Source: the human T2T-CHM13v2.0 reference genome, Homo sapiens
DNA length: 64,000 nucleotides
Assembly: GCF_009914755.1 (NCBI RefSeq)
Contig: NC_060926.1
Direction: 5' to 3' (one strand)
In this document: in pieces, positions 57,515 through 64,000 of the stretch
How positions within the stretch are numbered: the stretch's first letter is position 1
Layout: every line of letters begins with the position of its first letter
Program-made: the position numbers and the translations under genes
Notes under the pieces: model-generated
The model's database searches: none
Told to the model about the DNA's origin: nothing
What the model saw: the letters and a program-made list of their open reading frames with translations, nothing else

Positions 57515-57893
57515 TGTGGCAGGTATGAGTACACACCCCTCAAATCTCCACCCGCAGGGGGCATAATTGACCAAGAGCATCATCTGCAGCACACTTGATA
57601 CCCATCACCAGGCTCATGCCAAGGCCATGCTGGGACCTCCTTAGAACTTCACTTCTCCACAGCCAGGCTCCCTGCCCAGATTCATGCCAAGGCCATACTC
57701 CCTACAGCCTGTGCCTCCCCCTGCCCAGCCTTCCTTCCTTCCCCCTCTCCTCCAGAGGGGACTGTCCTGCAGTCCGCAGCTCTCCCTTCTGCCAGCTCCC
57801 CAGAGCACTGTCTCATAGACAACTTCCCCAGCTCATCACTTGCTCATCTAATTGCTCCTTGGCACCTGCTCCTCAGAGGACCCAAGCTGACAC
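57515..57893 (+). mobile_element. ERVL-type solo LTR (LTR16/LTR33-like)
   Basis: tgtggcagg...cttggcacctgctcctcagaggacccaagctgacaca end. Confidence 0.55.
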
Positions 57894-57899
57894 AACACT

Positions 57900-58450
57900 C
57901 TAAGCACCTTACATTTATAATCTATTTAATCTTCACAATAACCCTATGAGGAGAACTCTACTATTATCTCCATTTACCGAGACTGAAACAGTTTAACTAG
58001 TGTAACTCGTTACAAATCAGGTAGTCTAGATCTAGAATTTGAATTCCTGACCACTGCATTATACTGCCTACCACATTTAAAAACAAACCCCAAACAGAAT
58101 AATGGTCCATAAACAACTGTGATGGTCTTTAGTACCAGTCACCTATATCTGATTCTCTTCTCCTTCTGGGTAGACAGAGGATGTATTTCCTAGTCCCTTG
58201 TGGGGACGAGTTTTGGTTGGTGAATTGTTAGCAGAAGTGATGTGTGTTGCTTCTCGGCCAGAACACTTAACTGCCAGAACAAGAATCTTCAGAGTTGTTC
58301 TATCTGCAATGTTCCAGAAATGCTGAGGTGCAAATTACCCTGCCAGTCCATGAGTGGGCAAGTAGCAAGAGGGACCTTTGGTGGTTTGAGCCTGTGAGAT
58401 TTGGAGATAGTTTATTACTGCAGCATAACCTAGCTATGAAAACTAAAACT
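57900..58450. mobile_element. MIR (~57900-58070) and MLT1 LTR fragment (~58120-58450)
   Basis: atttaatcttcacaataaccctatgag; tttgagcctgtgagatttggagatagtttattactgcagcataacctag. Confidence 0.65.
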
Positions 58451-58733
58451 ATATATATATATATCCTAGACAAGAATGTAAGAGATTATAATCTTATGTG
58501 ATATAACAATAATTTAATATAAATTTTATATATTGAATGGATTTACTCATAAAAATTAAAAACTTCTACAAAACAACAACAACAAAAAAACTAAAAACAT
58601 CCTAAGTAACAATGTGGAAGGAAAAAGAACCTATATACACACATGGGATATGTAACAAAGAGTTAGTATTCAAAAGGTAGAAAGAACTCCTAAACGCCAG
58701 TAGGAGAAAGATAAACATCAGTTCAAAGATCAG

Positions 58734-59022
58734 GGCCGAGCGAGGTGGCTCCTACCTACAATCCCAACACTTTGGGAGGCCAAGACAGGAAGATCACTTG
58801 AATCCAGGAGTTTGAGCCTGGGCAACATGGTGAAACCCCATCTCTACAAAAAAATACAAAAATTAGCTGGGCATGGTGGTGCACACCAGTAGTCCCAGCT
58901 ACTGGGGAGGTGAGGTGGAAGGATTGCTTGAGCCTTGGAGGTCAAGGTTGCAGTGAGCTGTGATCACGCCACTGCATTCCAGCCTAGGCAACAGAGTGAG
59001 AGCCTGTCTCAAAAAAAAAAAA
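58734..59022 (+). mobile_element. AluJ
   Basis: ggccgagcgaggtggctc...poly-A. Confidence 0.92.
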
Positions 59023-59026
59023 TTGA

Positions 59027-59388
<362 letters not shown>

Positions 59389-59889
59389 TAAAATTAGATT
59401 TTTTAAAATGTGGTGAAAATAATTATATAAATCTGTATATTTTGATATGGAAGATTACCAAGAAATACTAGTAAGTGAAAGTTACGAGTTGTAGAAGAAA
59501 AATCCAAACTATGTATATACATTCATTTATTAAATATGCATTTATTCTGTAATTATGAGCCTACTATGCTTTTACTATGTGCTAGACATTAATATAGTGT
59601 CCATATAGTCCATTTATATATACCATACTTCACTAACTGTAGGTGCTCAGTAGATACCAGATGTGTGCCAGGCAGTGCAGCGCACTGTGCTTTACAAGAA
59701 GGGGTTCATGTAATAATCACAGCCACCTTGCACAACCAGGTACCCTTACTCCAGAGCCCATGCTATTCTACTTCCATATGCACAGGCCCAGAAACACTAG
59801 ACACTAAACCATTAGATGCTGTCACCTCTAGGAAGGAGGTAATGGAGAACGACAGGGACTTGAAATATTCCAGTATTTCTAATACTACA

Positions 59890-60870
59890 CGTACAATGAA
59901 GCCTCCTGTGCAAACCCCTCCTCTGGCCCTATTCCTTCCACCCCTCCCACAAAGAGTAACTACCAGCCTTAAGTTTGCTGCAGTATTCTCGTGCATATTT
60001 TTATACTTTTGCTACTTGTGTATTTTACATATTGTATTGCTTTGAATATTTTAAACTAAAAATGGTGTAAAACTGAGCGTAAGCTTCTGCAATTTTTTTC
60101 ACTTAATATTACATTGCTGACATTTATCTATGTTGATACACATGGCTCTACCTTATTTACTCATCTTGTGTATTATATTTCATTGTGTTAATACCCAGAG
60201 TAGAACCTCCAAGTCAAGCAACATCCACTTGACTAATTTACATATTGCATTGCTTTGAATATTTTAAACTAAAAATGGTGTAAAACTGAACGTAAGCTTC
60301 TGCAATTTTTTTCACTTAATATTACATTGCTGACATTTATCTATGTTGATACACATGGCTCTACCTTATTTACTCATCTTGTGTATTATATTTCATTGTG
60401 TTAATACCCAGAGTAGAACCTCCAAGTCAAGCAACATCCACTTGACTAAGTATTGCTAAATTGCTCTCCTAATTATTTATCAGCAATGTGAGTTCCACTG
60501 CTCCATATTCTTGACAACACTTGGTACTGTCAGACTACTAATTTTTGCCAAGCTAATAAATATAAAACATTATTTCTCTATTTTTTAAATGTGTATTTCT
60601 CCTGATTACTAGCCAGGATGAACATTTTTCTTATGTCTATTGGACATTTAGTTTTCCCTTTATATCCTTTGCCCATTATTCTATCAGCTTGTCTTTTTCT
60701 CATTGACTTCTTTAAAAAGAATTCTTTATATATCTGAAACTGATCTTTTGCAAATAGCATCTCTCTCAGTCTACAGCTTAGTCTTGTATCTTTGTTTATG
60801 GTGTCTTTTCCAATAGTGATTTCCTTTACAGTCTGTGAGCTCTTTAGCTTTTTATTTTTGCAGTATACAT
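59890..60870 (-). mobile_element. L1ME-like fragment containing a tandem duplication
   Basis: ccatattcttgacaacacttggtactgtcagact..tttgcca..; ORF 60578-60874 resembles L1 ORF2. Confidence 0.65.
60024..60449. repeat. Tandem duplication, 2 x 213 bp, 2 mismatches
   Basis: 60024-60236 versus 60237-60449 compared base by base. Confidence 0.95.
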
Positions 60871-61365
60871 ACAACTGTATTACACGAATACATGGACACG
60901 CATCAATGTACTTCTTGGTTTAGTTTTTTTAAAAAACAGAAAATAGTTCAAGTGTAATTATATCATTGAGTAAGAGAAACCAGGAATTCTGAATTTTCCA
61001 CTTACGGCATTAAAACATTTATCTATACCTATTTCCTACTTAAACCAAATACCTTAGCGCTCCCAGTGCTAACATTTTCCATTCCTGTGTAATAAATTTT
61101 ATTACATTTCACGAAACCTAAGGTATCCTCAATGCTCATGTGAGATCAGTGTTATCTCTACTTTAAAAGGAAACAGCAAGTACAGCAGATGTGGGACCTC
61201 AACCTCTGCGATCTCCATCTTACACTTTTTTCCTTTTAGTTCCAAAGTTGAACCTGATCTTATCATTTTTAAATTTTTACTAAGGGTGCTTACACTTTAA
61301 TTAACATGTGGTTAAAAAATACAAAAATGTTATCCACAAATTTACATTCTGTCTCCACAAAAGAT

Positions 61366-61413
61366 TGTATATTTTCTCCAGCTTTATATGTATATTTTCT
61401 CCAGCTTTATATG
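61366..61413. repeat. Perfect 23-bp tandem duplication
   Basis: tgtatattttctccagctttata x2. Confidence 0.92.
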
Positions 61414-62429
61414 CTTTAAATTTCCTCCCTCTTACTAGAACACGAGAAAGGAGTTTCTAGGGTATTTAAAATGCATATCAAACCATACACTTATATGTAA
61501 TTGAGCAATCTTCTGAAAAGATCTGCACTGTTCAAATATGATAGCCACTAGCCACACGCCCATCAACTGCCACACGTGCCCAACAAAAGCTTGTTAATTA
61601 TCTCCACATCAGAATTAAGCATTCTACACTAAGCCAAAAATTAACCTATAATAATTTTGGAGTAAAAAAACCTTAAATTTCAATATAGCGCAAAGTGATT
61701 ACAATCTTCAACAAATCAATAAAAACAGCCCCAAAAAATCAATTGTTACATCCACATCTCTACTGATGGAATACAAAATATGTTCTAATTTTTAAAAATA
61801 ACATTAACGGATTTTTGATAACATATTCTTAACCAGTCCCTCCCAAGGTGAACAGCCAGTCTTTGTGAGACCCTGCATTGATGGAAAGGGGAGTGAGGAG
61901 GCGTGAAGTATACAACCTGATGTGAAAGATCAAAGTGTATATCAAAGTTCAAAATGCGTAACAAACTATACACTTATTGCTGAGCAATTTTCTGAACAGA
62001 TCTGCATTGTTCAATGCAATAGTCACTGGCCCCATGTGGCTATGAGCACTTATATGTGGTTATTCCAAATTGAGGTGTGTCTTGACTGCCAAATACTCAC
62101 CAGACTAAGAAGACATAGTATAGACAGACAGAACAACCTTCAGTTTCAAGCGCCCTGTGCTGGAATCTTATCTGTGGAAGTTTAGCTGTGTAAAAATCAT
62201 CTGACAGCTAGTTAGAAACAGATTATTGGATTCTAGCTCCGTAACTTTTTATTCCCCAGTCTGAAATGAGACCTTGAATTATTTTTTTTGTTTTTAATTT
62301 CCCAGGCAAAACTTACGTGCAGCTACGTTTGGAAAACAAGAGTCCTCATCAACCAACCTCGCAGCCAGTTAAGTAAAGATGATAGGGCCCAAAGGCAAAG
62401 GAAAGAACCATTTTTTACATCTTTATGAG

Positions 62430-63690
62430 ATAAAACAAAGCCAAATACGACATCATTACACATCCACCAGATTGCCAAAAGTTTAGTGTCACAATACCAA
62501 ATGCAGACTACAATGTAGAGCAATGGGATTTCTCATACGTGGTCAACAAGTGCTTTAGAAAAAAATTCAGTATTTTCTTACAGGATTGAAAATAGTCCTA
62601 CCCATGACAGAGCACTCCAATACCCATGTGTCTAACATGGGGACTAGGAGAGGCATGTACAAGAATGTTCAATACAATGTTGTTCATAATAGCCAAATGC
62701 CAAGGAAAAATAAAACCTTTAACAGCAAAATGGCTAAATATATTCTGGTTTATCTGTACAATGGGAAATCACACAGAACAACGAAGATGAAGAAACTATA
62801 ATTTCTAGAAGAATCCATACATCTCAAGTCAATTCAGAGGAATATATATACAACATATAAATGTACTTCACAAAAAGTTCCAAAAAGCAAGCAATAAACC
62901 ATACTGTCTGGGAATGCCTACATAATTGACATGAAAATGACAATCACTGAAGTCACTGAAGTGTTTACGTATGAAGGGAGAGAACGGGTTATAATAGTGA
63001 CAGACAACAAGGGATTTTGTGGGCTGGTAATGTTTCTACTTTTTGCCCAGGGTGGTTACACAGATACTGACTTTTAGTTTTTTATTAAACCTTATGTATT
63101 ATTAACAGTAACACTATGTACTGTAATAAATAGACACAAAAAATATGTAATGGCTCTAATGAAACAGAGGTTCACAAAACTGTCCAAAGCAGATACCCTG
63201 CTCAAAGAGCTTCACTCGAATAAATGGAAACGCAAAACATTCTTGGATGGGAAGACTCGGAATCATAAAGATGTTACTTTCTCCCTATGTTAATCATTAA
63301 ATTTAAGTCCATACAATAAAAATGTCAATAGGATTTTTAAAAAATAAAATTTGATTTTAAAACTAATATTGAAATATAAACATGTGAGATAGCCAGAAAA
63401 TTTATGACCTTCCTTTCACAGACTAGAACACATTTTTTAGAACCTAGAATGATGAACAGACGAACAGACAGATCAGTGAAATATAACTAGAATTCCAGTG
63501 ATAGATCCAAACACATAATGGGTATTCAGAATATGATAAAGATAATATCTGAAATATTTTGAGTATAACACAAACTTTGGAAACAATAAAAAAAATTAGA
63601 TACAACTTCATCACATAAATATAAAAAATTCCTTCATGGGCAAAACACCATAAACAAAGTCAAAGGACAAACAACAAACTTAAAAGCAAT
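62430..63690 (+). mobile_element. Ancient L1M fragments (3'UTR and ORF2)
   Basis: catcattacacatccaccagattgccaaa; aataaatgga..cattcttggatgggaagactc; acaccataaacaaagtcaaaggaca. Confidence 0.6.
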
Positions 63691-63694
63691 AGTA

Positions 63695-64000
63695 GGCAGT
63701 TCCAAGATGGCCGAATAGGAACAGCTCCAGTCTACAGCTCCCAGAGTGAGTGACGCAGAAGACAGGTGATTTCTGCATTTCCAACTGAGCTCTGAAGAGA
63801 GTAGTGGTTCTTCGAGCACGGAGTTTGAGATCTGAGAACAGACAGACTGCCTCCTCAAGTGGGTCCCTGACCCCCGAGAAGCCTAACTGGGAGGCACCCC
63901 CCAGTAGGGGCAGACTGACACCTCACATGGCCAGGTATCCCTCTGAGACAAAGCTTCCAGAGGAACGATCAGGCAGCAACATTTGCTGTTCAGCAATATT
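63695..64000 (+). mobile_element. 5' end of an L1PA with its 5'UTR intron spliced out (continues off window)
   Basis: YY1 site caagatggccg; gaataggaacagctccagtctacagctccc; junction ccaactgag|ctctgaagagag at 63789/63790. Confidence 0.9.

Overview
Primate, very likely human, intronic DNA: roughly 40% GC, CpG-depleted and dense in Alu/L1. It lies inside the MBOAT2 (LPCAT4/LPLAT13) gene on the minus strand. Three coding exons are directly readable and splice in frame with canonical AG/GT ends: 54270-54415 (146 nt), 38960-39037 (78 nt) and 4402-4497 (96 nt), most likely exons 2, 3 and 4. The rest is intron filled with Alu, L1, L2, MIR, MaLR/ERV LTRs and DNA transposons; almost all listed ORFs are repeat-derived or chance. 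I see no evidence of a new gene system. The most notable structures are: a spliced L1 5'UTR insertion (SpIRE-type); a three-level L1>LTR>L1 nest whose LTR has an abnormal ~23-bp flanking duplication; two short locally templated insertions; a near-perfect 213-bp tandem duplication; an L2-derived CpG-rich minisatellite; a tightly spaced inverted Alu pair; and an Alu layout suited to back-splicing of exons 2-3. Repeat boundaries and subfamily names were read by eye and are approximate unless a target-site duplication (TSD) is given.
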